From Lama guanicoe (lineage: Eukaryota), in contig MU053472.1 of NCBI GenBank assembly GCA_013239625.1, positions 2,639,822 to 2,703,821 on the forward strand: a DNA stretch of 64,000 bases, read 5' to 3'. The first letter of the stretch is position 1. The number at the start of each line of letters is the position of its first letter. The position numbers were made by a program, and so were the translations under genes. This document shows, piece after piece, positions 36,211 to 49,385 of the stretch. The notes beneath the pieces were generated by a model. That model had not been told where the DNA came from. It saw only the letters and a program-made list of their open reading frames with translations, and made no database searches.

Positions 36211-36287
36211 GAATTTCTCTTGGAATTGGGCTGCTTACAACTTTTATATATGCAAACAAAAGCATTGTAAATCAGGTTTTTCTAAGA
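36211..36287 (+). CDS. RNFT1: RNFT1 exon 3
   Basis: (G)ISLGIGLLTTFIYANKSIVNQVFLR; cag|...|gtaagt; 77 nt. Confidence 0.96.
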
Positions 36288-37396
36288 GTAAGTATAACCA
36301 GCAACTAAAAAATCATTAAATGTTTCTCCCTGTAGAATTATATACTCTTTTTTGAGAGAAGTAGGAATATAGATAGTTTATTTGACAAATTTAAATAGCT
36401 AGAACATCCATAATATATTTTTATTTAAGTGACCTGGAATAAATGATCTGTCCTAATGCTAAATTGTTTCATCTTACTTTCTTTGTATGTTGGATTCCTG
36501 ATAGAGAAAGAAAAAACAGAAGGATTAGAAGGTTTAGAATGCACTATTTGATTGATTTATCAAGTGCCTTCACGTTTTGAATTAATTTAACCACACTAAG
36601 TAATGGAATCATCATTAAAAACTTCAGCTGTTGCATTATAAGCTTTAAAATAGTTAAATAAAATGTACATTGAATAGGTGGGTATTGAACTATTTATTTA
36701 GATCTCTAATTTAAAGAAAACTAAACCCCAAAAGTTTTTCCATAACAAATGATAAGAGTCCTATTCATATAAATTATTGGGAAAATAGGATTAATTTATA
36801 AAATTTCACCTTTAGGAAATTTTAAAGGGCTATATCTGTGTAAAGGATCATACATTTTGACCTGAAAGTTTGTTGTTTGAACCTGTCAAACAATGAAAGG
36901 TTAATTCAGGGTTTAAAACTAGTAAAACTTTTAATTAAATTAGTAATTAAAATTTAATTGTAAAAGTGAGATTAAAAACAGATTATTAAATTCTTACTGA
37001 ATTGCCTGAGATTTTAAAATATTATATTATAAACCATGATAACAAATGCATTTTTAAAAATTCTGTTTTGTTGGGGAGGCAAAAATAGGAGCTGCAGAGG
37101 TAGAATTTTCATTTCGGTGGGTACTTTATGTCAGTTTGTAGAAGATTTGGCTTCTTTGAAACATAGCTAATGTTATACAATGAAGAAATTGTATTTTAAA
37201 AATTTGTTTAAAATATAGTTTTGTTCACTAAAGATACATAAAAATAGAATGTGATGATTGTACAATTTAAGATAGTCTGTATTTTTATTAAGTTAATCTA
37301 GTGAAATGTTCTAAATTAAAGTTATTAAAGTAAAATAATGATATTTAAAATTCTGACAATTCAAAGTAACAAATTATAAAATTGTTTATTTTTCAG

Positions 37397-37497
37397 GAAA
37401 GGTGCTCAAAGATTCATTGTGCTTGGTTACTGGTATTCTTAGCAGGATCTTCTGTTCTTTTATATTACACCTTTCATTCTCAATCACTTTATTACAG
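37397..37497 (+). CDS. RNFT1: RNFT1 exon 4
   Basis: ERCSKIHCAWLLVFLAGSSVLLYYTFHSQSLYY(S); cag|...|gtaatt; 101 nt. Confidence 0.96.
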
Positions 37498-37969
37498 GTA
37501 ATTAGAGGTCCAAGTACACAATCACATTTTTAATGTAATCCTATTCCATAGCACTTTGCATATATCTTACTTGCCCATATTTATTGTTAGAGTTCAAGTT
37601 TTACCTGTTTCCTTCCAAGATTGAAAGTTTGAAGTGACTTACTTCCATTTGTACATGCAGTGCCTTACCTCATAGCAAGTGCTCAATAAATATTTAATTT
37701 TTGATATTTAAAGTTTTACTTATATAATCAATGTTTATTAAATACAGTTAGGTTGTTGTTGGTGGTTTTTATTTTTATATAAATAAAAATTGTATATATT
37801 GAAGATGTACAACATTTTTGATATATGTATATATTGTGAAATGATTACCACAATCAAGCTGACTAACATATCCATCACCTCCCTTAGTTATCTTTTTTTT
37901 CTGTGTATATGTGTGATGAGAACACTCGATCTTTGTTTCTAAAAGAAAACTTGCTAAAGTACAGTAGTT

Positions 37970-38830
37970 GATAAGTTTCTGTATCAGATGTAAGTGTTCT
38001 GAATTTTTGGCCTTAATGAGATAACTAGAAATCCTGGTTTCAGTGGAGATGGAGAGATACAGACAGATCCGCAATATAGTGGGTAGATGTAGCCAGTATC
38101 ATCCGGATTGGATCGGGTGGGTAGGTAGAGGGGAAGAATAAAGGGTAATACCTGGGTTTTTAGTCTGAGAAACTGGATGGTGGTGCCATTTACTGGACTG
38201 GGAAAGATGGGGGAAGGAACTGATTCTAAGGGGAAGATCAGTAATTCTCTTTTGAACATGGTAAGTTTGAAAGGTTGTGTATAACTGTTAAAAGTTATAG
38301 TGGGGAGGGTATTGCTCAAGTGGTAGAGCGCATGCTTAGCATGCACAAGTTCCTCGGTTCAATTCCCAATACCTCCTCTAAAATACAAATAAAGAAACCT
38401 AATTACCTCCCCACCCCCGAAAAAAGCAAAAATAAATTTAAATAAATAAATAAATAAATATGTCATAAGCTCAGAGTAGAGGTTAGGGCTATAAATTTGG
38501 GTGTTATCAGCATATGTTGATATTTAAAAACCATGGAACTTGACAAGATTAATCAGGAAAAGGAAGTGGAGACAGAGAAGAGGGACCAGGACTGGACATA
38601 CCCACAATTATTCAGCAGAGGTGTAGCAAAGGAGACTCAAGAAGGAACCGTCAGTCACATATGAGAACAACTAGGAGAGAGTGTGTCTAGGAAGAAAATA
38701 TTTCAGGGAGGGAAAAGGGGACAATAAAGTGATTGTTAAATTTAGCATGAAGGAGGGAGTTGATGATGTTGACAAAACCAGTTCAGTGGAAAGGAGAGGA
38801 TAGAATTCTGGTTGGAATCGGTTGAGGAGA
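37970..38830 (-). mobile_element. L2 fragment, interrupted by a SINE
   Basis: aactggatggtggtgccatttact...ttttgaacatggtaagtttga...ataaatttgggtgttatcagcata. Confidence 0.6.
38302..38460 (+). mobile_element. tRNA-Ala-derived SINE (Vic-1 type)
   Basis: ggggagggtattgctcaagtggtagagcgcatgcttagcatgcac...ggttcaattccc followed by a (TAAA)n tail. Confidence 0.85.
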
Positions 38831-39144
38831 GAATGGCAGATTTATCTAGTTAGTGAATTTTTTACAGATTACAGGCTAGAACAATAACCATGACAAGTTA
38901 GGAAGACTCTTCTTTTTCTTTATAGAAAAAAGATTTGAAATTCAAACACCTAAAAAGCCTCTTTAAAATAAGCAAAATGATCTTCCATTCTAATAACATA
39001 AAACATAAGACATTAGCATCTCGCCAAACTCCAATTTTTCACACATCAAATGAAAGTAAACTGTTTGGTAGGAAATTAGAACGCCTATCAACACTTTATC
39101 TTTGTACGCTGCTCTGGTAAGTTTTGATGTTTTTCTCTTGGTAG

Positions 39145-39298
39145 CTTAATTTTTTTAAATCCTTCTTTGGACCATTCGAGCTTCTGGGAAGTGCTTTGGA
39201 TTGTTGGAATTACAGACTTCATTCTGAAATTCCTCTTCATGGGCTTAAAATGCCTTATTTTATTGGTGCCTTCTTTCATTATGCCTTTTAAATCCAAG
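39145..39298 (+). CDS. RNFT1: RNFT1 exon 5
   Basis: LIFLNPSLDHSSFWEVLWIVGITDFILKFLFMGLKCLILLVPSFIMPFKSK; tag|...|gtaaga; 154 nt. Confidence 0.96.
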
Positions 39299-39929
39299 GT
39301 AAGAAAGTAACATCTTTTATTGGAATGATATTAGTAAACTGCATTAATGCTATTTAGTCTTTGTTTAAGTGACTCCTTTCATAATTTTTCAGTTTGCTGA
39401 ATAAGCTAATTTTAATTATCTATATTATCTCAGACTGGCAATTATTTGTTCAAGGACTTGCACCTAAATATTAATCTGTTCCAATAAAATCAGAATTATA
39501 TTTGCTTTGGAGTAATTTAAAAATCAGTCCCCACATCATATATTGGAAAATATTTGACTTTGTACTTCTCCAGGGCATTATTGATAGACAGTTGGTAACT
39601 GTATGCATTTAGTCAGTGTTTTTCCATACTCAGTAAAAACTTCAATATAAATTTTTATAATCAGCAAAATGTTTTAGTATGTGTAAAACATTTTCAATGT
39701 CACTCTTTAGAAATTCTTTGAAAAACAAACCACACAGTGACTGTGTGAGATGTGAGAACCAGGTTAAGGTTGTCAGTCATAACCATTATCATTATGAAGA
39801 TTGACTTTATAGTTATTTGTGTTACTGTACCATATACTCATGATGTTCTCAATCCAATATGAACTGTTTGTTTTATGTATGTAAGTAGCTTGGGTGACTC
39901 TATTTGTTTTCTTTTTCCTTCCTTTTTAG

Positions 39930-40088
39930 GGTTACTGGTATATGCTTTTAGAAGAATTATGTCAGTATTACCGAACTTTTGTTCCCATACCAGTTTGGTT
40001 TCGTTACCTTATAAGCTATGGGGAGTTTGGTAATGTAACTAGATGGAGTCTTGGGATATTGCTGGCTTTACTCTACCTCATACTAAAA
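39930..40088 (+). CDS. RNFT1: RNFT1 exon 6
   Basis: GYWYMLLEELCQYYRTFVPIPVWFRYLISYGEFGNVTRWSLGILLALLYLILK; tag|...|gtaggt; 159 nt. Confidence 0.96.
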
Positions 40089-42669
40089 GTAGGTAGCAAT
40101 TAATCTTGTCATTTGTAATGATGCATGTAATATTTATAGATTTTATATACTACTGCTTTTCTCTTTAACTGTTTTATAGTTTATTTTTTAATTGAAGTAT
40201 AGTTGGTTTACAATGTTGAGTTAAAGTTTATTTTATCTTTAAATCACTAGTTTGAAGTAATGGCAGGCTCTATATCTACTTGCAAATGGAAATAGGTATG
40301 TTTATCTTAATCCAATGGTTCCAGATTTTATTGGCAGAGTGGACCTCCATATACTGTGGATTATCTAATGTGGGGGAAACAAGTAGAATAGAATATACCC
40401 AGTAGCATTATCATACACATAATTATCAAACTAGTGGAGTATCTTCTCCTGTTCCCCCTATGCCTGCTCCCCTCAACTTAATCACTTTGTGAAACTTTAA
40501 ATATGTTAAGGACATGTGAACCAGGTAAAATTGCCTGGCCTTTGACATAGTTAAGTTCATATTTGTCTTGACCAAATTGTATCTCTAGGAATTCAGATGT
40601 ATTTCATTTTGGTTAAGAGTTGACTGAAATCGATGAGTAAAATATTCCATAATTGGACTTTATAGTTAGAATGAAATTATTGTCATACACAGTGAATATT
40701 AAGTTAATATCAGTATTCAATATTAGCTTTGATCTTTGTGTTTTAACAGATAGGGCTCTTTGTTCATTTTTCTTTTTTTTTTTCTCTCATTGAAGTATAG
40801 TCATTTTACAGTGTGTCAATTTCTGGTGTTCAGCATAATGTTTCAGACATACATGTATTTGTTTTCATATTCTTTTTTCACTATAGGTTACTACAAGATA
40901 TTGAATATAGTTTCCTCTGCTACATAGAAGAAACTTATTTATCTGTTTTATAAACAGTAGTTAATATTTGCAAATCTTGAATTCCCAGTTTATCCCTTCC
41001 CACCCTCTTTTCCGTCAGTAACCATAAGTTTGTTTACTATGTCTGTGAGTCTGTTTCTGTTTTGTGGATAAGTTCATTAGAGTCTTCTTTTTTCTTTTTT
41101 TAGATTCCAAATATGAGTGATATCATATGGTATTTTTCTTTCTTCTTCTGGCTTATTTCTCTTAGAATGATGATCTCTAGGCCCATCCATGTTGCTGCAA
41201 ATGGCATTATTGTATTCTTTTTAATGGCTGAGTAGTATTCCATTGTCTAAATATACCACTTTTTTATCCAGTCACCTGTAGGCATTTAGGTTGTTTCCAT
41301 GTCTTGGCTATTGTATATAGTGCTGCTATGAACATTGGGGTGCATATATCTTTTCGAATTAGAGTTCCCTCCAGATATATGCCCAGGATTGAGATGGCTG
41401 GATTATATGGTAAGTCTGTTTTTAGTTTTTGGAGGAATCTCCATACTCTTTTCCATAATGGATGCACAAAACTACATTCCTACCAACAGGGTAGGAGGCT
41501 TCCTTTTTCTCCACACCCTCTCCAGCATTTATCATTTGTGGACTTTTCAATGATGGCCATTCTGACTGGTGTGAAGTGATACATAATGTAGTTTTGATTT
41601 GCATTTCTCTATCAATTAGCGATATTGAGCATCTTTTCACATGCCTTTTGGCCATCTGGATGTTTCTTTGGAGAGCTGTCCCTTTAGGTCTTCTGCCCAT
41701 TTTTTTTTATTGGGTTGCTTGTTTTATTGATATTAAGCTGTATGAGCTATTTGTATATTTCAGAAATTAGTCCTTTATCTGTCATATGATTTGCAGATAT
41801 TTTCTCCCATTCTGTAGGTTGTCTTTTCGTTTTGTTGATGGTATCCTTACCTGTGCAAAACTTTTAAGTTTAATTAGGTCCCATTTGTTTATTTTTGCTT
41901 TTATTCCCATAACTCTAGGAGCTGGTTTGAAAAAAGAACATTGCTGTGATTTATGTCAAAAAGTGTTTTGCCTATGTTTTCCTCTGGGAGTTCTATAGTG
42001 TCTGGTCTTACATTTAGATCTTTATCCATTTTGAGTTAATTTTTGTATATGGTATTAGAGAAGGTTCTAATTTCAGTCTTTTGCAGGCAGCTGTCCGATT
42101 TTCCCAGCATCACTTATTAAAGAGATTGTAGATTAATTGACCATAAGTGTGTCGGTTTATTTTTGGACTTTCTATCTTGTTCCATTGATCTGTGTGTCTG
42201 TTTTTGTGCTAGTCCCATATTGTTTTGATTACTTTAGCTTTGTAGTATAGTCTGAAGTCAGTGAGTGTGATTCCCCCAGCTCTGTTCCCCTTTTTCAAGA
42301 CTATTTTGGATATTTGAGGGTCCTTTGTGTTTCCATACAAATTTTAACATTTTTTGTTCCAGCTCTGTGAAAAATGTCATTGGTAATTTGATAGGGATTG
42401 CATTGAATCTGTATATTGCCTTGGGTAGTATGGCCATTTTAACAATATTGATTCTTCCTATCCAAGAACATGGTATATCTTTCCATCTATTTATGTTGTC
42501 TTCAGTTTCTTTCATCATTGTCTTACAGTTTCAGAGTACAAGTCTTTCGCCTCCTTGGGTGGGTTTTTGTCTTTGTTTTTAATTTGCATATATATACTGT
42601 TCATTGTTTCTAAGAACAGTTTAAAGCTTTAGCTTTTTAAACTTTCATAGTTATCAAAAGACTAAAGCC

Positions 42670-43159
42670 TTTGGTGCAGCCACTATGGAAAACAGTGTGG
42701 AGATTCCTCAAAAGACTAGGAATAGACTTACCATATGACCCAGGAATCCCACTCCTGGGCTTGTACCCAGAAGGAAATCTACTTCAGGATGACACCTGCA
42801 CCCCAATGTTCATAGCAGCACTATTTACAATAGCCAAAACATGGAAACAGCCTAAATGTCCATCAACAGGTGACTGGATAAAGAAGAGGTGGTATATTTA
42901 TACAATGGAATACTACTCAGCCATAAAAACCGACAACATAATGCCATTTGCAGCAACATGGATGCTCCTAGAGAATGTCATTCTAAGTGAAGTAAGCCAG
43001 AAAGAGAAAGAAAAATACCATATGAGANNNNNNNNNNNNNNNNNNNNNNNNNNNNNNNNNNNNNNNNNNNNNNNNNNNNNNNNNNNNNNNNNNNNNNNNN
43101 NNNNNNNNNNNNNNNNNNNNNNNNNNNNNNNNNNNNNNNNNAAAAAATGTAAAAAAAAA
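42670..43159 (+). mobile_element. Third, young L1 3' fragment in the opposite orientation
   Basis: Perfect 14-bp TSD AAAAGACTAAAGCC (42656-42669 and 43160-43173). Uninterrupted ORF2 C-terminus [13 protein letters not shown]...; poly-A. Confidence 0.88.
43028..43141. other. Assembly gap (N run)
   Basis: Run of N. Confidence 1.
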
Positions 43160-46100
43160 AAAAGACTAAAGCCAACCACAAAATAAGAATCAACATAATG
43201 CAGTAATCTAATCATAAAGGGCAGTCAAATGTGGTTACACATATTCAGGAAATCAGTTATCTAAGTTATAAATAGTAGTTCATTTATGTATTTTTTTTAG
43301 ATTCCAAATATAAGCAATATCATATGGCATTTTTCTTTCTCTTCCTGGGTCACTTCACTTAGAATGATGATTTCCAAGTCCATCCATGTTGCTGCAAATG
43401 GCATTATTTTATTCTTTCTTATAGCTGAGTAGTATTCCATTGTATATATATGTATATACCACATCTTCTTTATCCAGTCATTTGTTGATGGACATTTGGG
43501 TTGTTTCCATGTCTTGGCTATTGTAAACAGTGCTGCTATGAACATTGGGGTGCATGTGTCGTTTAGAATTATATTTTTCTCTGGGTATATGCCCAGGAGT
43601 GGGATTGCTGGATCATGTGGTAAGTCTATTTTTAGCTTTTTAAGGAACCTCCATACCATCCTCCAGAGTGGCTGCACCAATTCACATTCCCACCAACAGT
43701 GTAGGAGGCTTCCTTTCTCTCCACATCCTCTCCAGCCTTTATCATTTGTGGACTTTTTAATGATGGCCATTCTGGCTGGTGGGAGGTGATACAGTATTTT
43801 TGATATGCACTTCTCTAACAAGTAGTGGGATATTGAGCATCTTTTCATATGCTTGTTGGCCATCTGTTCCTTGGGTACGTTTATTCCTCGGTATTTTATT
43901 CTTTTTGGTATGATGGTAAATGGGATTGTTTCCTTAATTTCTTCTGCTGCTATTTTGTTGCTAGTGTATAGAAATGCAACTGATTTCTGTATATTAATTT
44001 TGTATCCAACTTTACCAAATTCATTGATGAATTCTAGTAGTTCTCTGGTAGCACCTTTAGGATTTTCTACGGGTAGTATTGTGTCATCCGCAAACAGTGA
44101 CAGTTTTACTTCTTTTCTAATTTGGATTCCTTTTATTTCTTCTTCTTCTCTAATTGCCATGGCTAGGAGTTCCAAAACTGTGTTGAATAGAAATGGAGAG
44201 AGTGGGCATCCTTGTCTTGTTCCTGATCTTAGAGGAAATGTTCTCAACCTTGCACCATTGAGTATGATATTAGCTGTGGATTTGTCATATATGGCCTTTA
44301 TCACGTTGAGATATATTCCCTCTATGCCCACTTTCTGGAGAGTTTTTATCATAAATGGATGTTTAATTTTATCAAAAAGCTCTTTCTGCATCTGTTGAGA
44401 TGATCATACGGTTTTTATTCTTCAATTTGTTAATGTGGTGTATCACATTGATTGACTTGTGGATATTGAAAAATCTTTGCATCTCTGGGATAAATCGCAC
44501 TTTATCACTGTGTATGATCCTTTTCATGCATTGTTGGAGCCGATCTGCTAGTATTTTGTTGAGGATTTTTGTGTCTATATTCATATGTGATATTGGCCTG
44601 TAATTTTCTCTTTTTTGTGATATATTTGTCTGGTTTTGGTATCAAGGTGATGGTGGCTTCATAGAATGAGCTCAGAAGTATTCCTTCCCCTGCAGTTTTT
44701 TGGAATAGTTTCAGAAGGATAGATGTTAACTCTTCTCTAAATGGTAGAATTCACCTGTGAAGCCACCTGGTCCTGGACTTTTGTTTCTTGGGATTTTTTT
44801 TTTTGGTGGGGGAGATTTTTCTAACTTTATTATGGTAGTCATTTTGCAGTATATACATGTATCAAATTATAGCATTGTATGAGAGTTATAATTACTGATT
44901 CGATTTCAGTACTGGTAATTGATCTAATCATACTTTGTATTCCTTCCTGGTTCAGTCTTGGCAAATTGTACCTTTTAAAGAAATAGTTCATTTCTTCTAG
45001 TTGTCCTTTTTGTTGGTGTATAGTTGCTCATAGGAGCCTCTTACGATCCCTGTATTTCTGTGGTGTCAGTTGCAACTTTTCCTTTTTCATTACTGATTTT
45101 ATTAATTGGGGCCCTCTCCCTCTTTTTCTTGATGAGTCTAACTAAAGATTTATTAGTTTTGTTTATCTTTTCAGAGAATCATCTTTTAGTTTAATTGATC
45201 TTTTCTAGTTTTTATTAGTCTCTATTTCATTTATTTCTGCTCTAATCTTTATGATTTCTTTTCTTCTGCTAACTTTGGGTTTTGTTTGTTCTTCTTTCTC
45301 TAATTGCTTTAGGTGTAAGGTTAGGTTGTTTACTTGAGGTTTTTCTTGTTTCCTGAGGTAAGTTTGTATCTCTGTAAACTTCCCTCTTAGAACAGCTTTT
45401 GCTGCGTTGCAGAAATTTGGGGTCATTGTGTTTTCATTTTCATTTGTCTCAGTATTTTTTGAATTCCTCTTTGATTTCATCATTGAGTTGACCTATTGGT
45501 TTTTTAGTAGCATGTTGTTTAGTCTCCGGGCAGTAATTTTTTTTCTCGTTTGTTTTTCTGTGGTTGATTTCTAGTTTCATGACATTGTGGTCAGAAAAGA
45601 CGCTTGAAATAATTTCTCTCCTAAATTTGTTTTTAAAGTAGGGGCGTCCCTGTGCAGACTGAGCGTCCAGTAGTTTTATTGCTAGGGCTGTTCTTAATAT
45701 GGATGGTTGCCATGTCTTTCTTCCACATGTATTGGCTGTTATCCCTTCGATGGGGGTTGGTTGGAGTTATGGTGATCAGAACCTGCCCTGATTATTGTTG
45801 TCGAGCGGGGTCTCCTTTTTTGTCCTGTGGTTGTTACAGCCTTTACGGGGCTGGGTGTGCTCCCCTGTTGCTGGAATAGAGGCTTCCAGACCCGTTTCTG
45901 AGCTGCGGTGAGCGGTAGGCAGGGTTGGAGTGCTTCAGCTCAAAGAGGCACTGCTGGGTGCATGTCCGCAGGAGATGTCCACTGGGAAGTGCCCTCTGTG
46001 GTGTTGTCTGTCACTTGTTATACAGACTTACAAAGTACACTTTGTTGATGATACCCTTGTCCCCGTCTCAGCCGTGGGAATGTTAGCAACCCACTCTAGT

Positions 46101-47155
46101 GTCCCCCAGTTTCTGTGCCCGCAGAGCCACCAGTGCAGATCCACCGACATCAGGCACTAGGATCAGCTGTGGTGTGTGTGGTCACACACCTGGACCAGTG
46201 GTGCGCCACAGGGTCAGCACAGACCCTGGCCCTGCATCCACGTAAGGTCCGCAGGCCTACTGTTAATGCCAAACCCACTCCCACCATCCACCACAAGTCT
46301 GCTCATTTGTCTTAAACACATGGGTCCACAAAGGTACCAGCAGAGCAAATCTGCCACTGCTGCCTGGGGCAAGACTCAAATCTCAGTCCTGCCTATGAAG
46401 TTGCGGGACCCCTGGGTACAGATTGATGTTTCAGCCCCTCCTCCACCTGGGAGCCAAGCACCAGAGCAAGCCAAGAAGATGGCTGTGTCTGAATCCCACC
46501 TCTCTTTTCACCAATGGTGGTGCTGAGCAGTGTCTTCTGGGCTAGCAGAGATGGCGGGTACGGCTTTGGCTGTGTTGTGCCCCCCTGTACACCAGCAGTG
46601 GTACTTTTTTATGGGGGTCTCAGGCTGTTCTGTCCTGTACACACTTCCAGCTGCAGCCCGCACCACGCTCCAGCCCCAGTCCTCTTCCCCGGCTCGTCCA
46701 CAAAAGACCGAGCTCCAGCAGCAGTCCTGGCCCACCCCCACTGGCTTGCGTCTCAGGCTGGGGGTCGCAGGGACCCTCTGTGCTGGTTTCTGTCAGTTCT
46801 GTCTGCCTAACAGCTGCTGCTTTCTCCTCCAAGCCTCAGAAGCCCCCTTTCTGTTCCTGCTGACCTCCCCCCTGGACAGGGGTGTCCCAGAGTGAAGACG
46901 CTTTTCCTCCTTTGCTGCCCCCTCCCTGCAGAACAGGTCCTGCATCAATTTCCTTTTTTTTCTTTTTTGGGGGCGGGGGGAGTCTTGCTGTATTCCTGAA
47001 ATAAGAGATATTCTGCCAAAGTTCAGTGGGCATTTTGTGCAAATTGATCAGTCTGCCACTTGTAATTTTTGGTGTATTTGTGGCAATCCTACTACTCCAT
47101 TTTCGCAGTCCTCCCCGGGCTCTTTGAGTTAATGAATTACTTATTTCTCTTTCAG

Positions 47156-47221
47156 CTTCTGGACTTTTTTGGACATCTAAGAACTTTCAGACGGGTTTTG
47201 CGAATTTTTTTTACACGACCA
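47156..47221 (+). CDS. RNFT1: RNFT1 exon 7
   Basis: LLDFFGHLRTFRRVLRIFFTRP; cag|...|gtaagt; 66 nt. Confidence 0.96.
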
Positions 47222-47314
47222 GTAAGTATTTTTTTTATCAGAAAAAACTCTTTTTACCTTCCTTTTTTCATTATAAAAATTTTTTCAGTTCAGCAGTTTT
47301 ACAAGCGTAGATTT

Positions 47315-47407
47315 CTTTTCTTCCCCCTTGACGGAGACTCTGGGGATTGAACCTAGGACCTCATGCACACCAACCGCACTCTACCACTGAGTTATACCCG
47401 GACCCCC
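47315..47407 (-). mobile_element. tRNA-derived SINE (short Vic-1-like)
   Basis: ctggggattgaacctaggacctca...ctctaccactgagttatac. TSD acaagcg(t/c)agattt at 47301-47314 and 47408-47421. Confidence 0.8.
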
Positions 47408-49251
47408 ACAAGCGCAGATTTCAGAAGTGCATGATTTAAAAAAAAACCTTTTCTTACGACTTTGGCACTTGGGGCTGCAATGGTTTAGAGATTTTATTTT
47501 TGCGATCAATTTCTTGCACTTTGACAGCCACCTGATAGTTGACACAGTGCTTATATATTTGAGTGTGCCTCTTGTCCCTTCAGATCACTTGACATGCTCA
47601 AGGGTTTATAAACATTCCCTTAAAAATCTTGTGAACTTTTGTTCTTCTTCCTTTTTAAATCCACAAATGGTGGCTTTGTGTATTTCCATTAACTCTTCAG
47701 CTTCTGTGAAGGTGTTTAGATTATAACTTATGGTGTATATGAAAAAAGCTCATTACCAAAAATCATGTCCCTTGAAATTTTAACTGGAAAATTTCCCCCA
47801 GCAGTACTCAATTCTGTATGCACAAGTAAGTTCACAGTGTGAAATTAACAGTAAATCGAGACTCCAGTGTCAGTTATAAACATGATTATTATGTGATTCT
47901 ACTAACGTAACATTGCAGAGAAAGGGTGTCATGGACTCATTTGCTTTTAGTAGTTTCAAAGGTTCTCAGTATGTGTGGCCACCAGATTTCAGAGTTTGGG
48001 TCTCAGTTTTGCAGTCTGTTAGGTACTTATACAATTACTTTGTCAGGACTTAGGGGATGTGACTTACAAAAATGCCAACCTAATAATACATGTTTTTTTA
48101 AAAAAAATGGATTATACCTACAAAGTGGCCTGAACTGGCCAAGGCACCCTCTCCCTAAGATAGCTAGTAATGTAGTAACAAGTTTTACTGCATCCTATTC
48201 AGACTTCTTTAGACGAAATAGAATAAAATTGAGAGTTCAGCTTTGGTGAAGTTTATTCAGTTGATTATGTGGGTATCAGCCATTTTGCTGTGTTTATTAA
48301 TCTTGTAAGGCTTGAGCTGAAATACTCTTGATATTGTTTCTTTGTGAAGCATAGAAAGATTATCACAGTCATCAGCCTCTTTGATTTGTTTCTGAGACTC
48401 TCACGTTCCTTAATGTTGCCAAGAAAATGGAAGTCACCATCAGGTTAAGTCTTTACCTGAATGGAGTCCGCAAAATGCCAGAGAAGAGTGCTGTTTTAAA
48501 AGCCCGTCAGCGTACATACTTGCGGTGTACTCTGCCAATTGACATTTACTTACGGGAAACTGGCACCAAGGTCATCAGTCTCCCAATCTGTTTCTGAAAT
48601 CTTTAACATCACCAGTCTCAAAAAATCTTAATTTCCAGTTATTTTTAGCTTTTGGGTCTTAGCTTAATTTTCCTAACCCTCAGTATTTTATACAGGAAGT
48701 TTAGATTACAGCTTCAGGTTGTTGAGTCAAGTCATGCTTTAACTCTCATAACGATGACTAAAAACTTGGGTGTTCTTTCCTCTCCACGGCCAGCTTTTAC
48801 ACATCATGTCTACAGAAAGCTGATCTCATTTGTAACATTTTGTCATGTCTAGTTAATGACTAAATTCTACTGAATTTGGTGAGGAAGTTATTAAGATCCT
48901 AAAGAGATCAGAAACTTTTTTAGGACTTTAGAAGAAAAGGAAATTCAAAGATCTGTAGGATTGTTTAGTCAGTTTTGGCAGTGTAACTCTACCCGTGACA
49001 TTTTGCTACTGCAGTTCTTTTGTAAAATTTTCTTACCTAGTACTAAATGCTGATTTAGTGATAAGTAAGGATGAAAATTAAAATTATTTTTAGATTTAGT
49101 GGCAGGACACTGTTCAGTGGTCTCCAGACCTTCATGTTGATCTCATGTGGAGAGCTTTAAAAAATTTACAGATTGTTAGATTATTTCTGGACCTATTGAC
49201 TCAATCTCCAGTGTGGAGCACAGAAATCTATCTTTAAAGCAGTCTCCAGAC

Positions 49252-49385
49252 GGGGAGGGTATATAGCTCAGTGGTAGAGCAGATGCTTAGCATGCACGAG
49301 GTCCCGGGTTCAATCTCCAGTACCTTGATTAAAATAAGTAAATATCTAATTACCAGCACCCCAAGAAAAACCCAAAAAACAAAAC
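49252..49385 (+). mobile_element. tRNA-Ala-derived SINE (Vic-1 type)
   Basis: ggggagggtatatagctcagtggtagagcagatgcttagcatgcacgaggtcccgggttcaatc; flanking repeat cagtctcca. Confidence 0.88.

Larger units (their letters stand above)
42567..43867 (-). mobile_element. Second 5'-truncated L1 inserted in ORF2 of the intronic L1
   Basis: Flanking repeats TCCTTGGGTggGTTT (42552-42566) and TCCTTGGGTacGTTT (43868-43882). Host ORF2 (..PKE|AKDLY..) is rejoined when the insert is removed. Confidence 0.75.
40763..47116 (-). mobile_element. Antisense LINE-1 in RNFT1 intron 6 (5'UTR retained, ORF1 and most of EN missing, nested insertions)
   Basis: TSD GGGCTCTTTG at 40753-40762 and 47117-47126. Minus-strand 5' end ggggaggactgcgaaaatggagtagtag; T-rich tail at 40763-40785. 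Confidence 0.88.

Noticed and set aside
43297..44391. 364-aa ORF as a host gene or active reverse transcriptase
   Set aside because: It is a chimera of two defective L1 ORF2 pieces with no endonuclease or ORF1.
45652..47042. Cluster of ORFs and CpG-richer sequence suggesting a gene in the intron
   Set aside because: This is the 5'UTR of the antisense L1, bounded by its TSD.
49252..49325. Apparent tRNA-Ala(AGC) genes (also at 17743, 38302, 47315 and 58508)
   Set aside because: Broken stems, A-rich tails and flanking TSDs identify them as SINE heads, not functional tRNAs.
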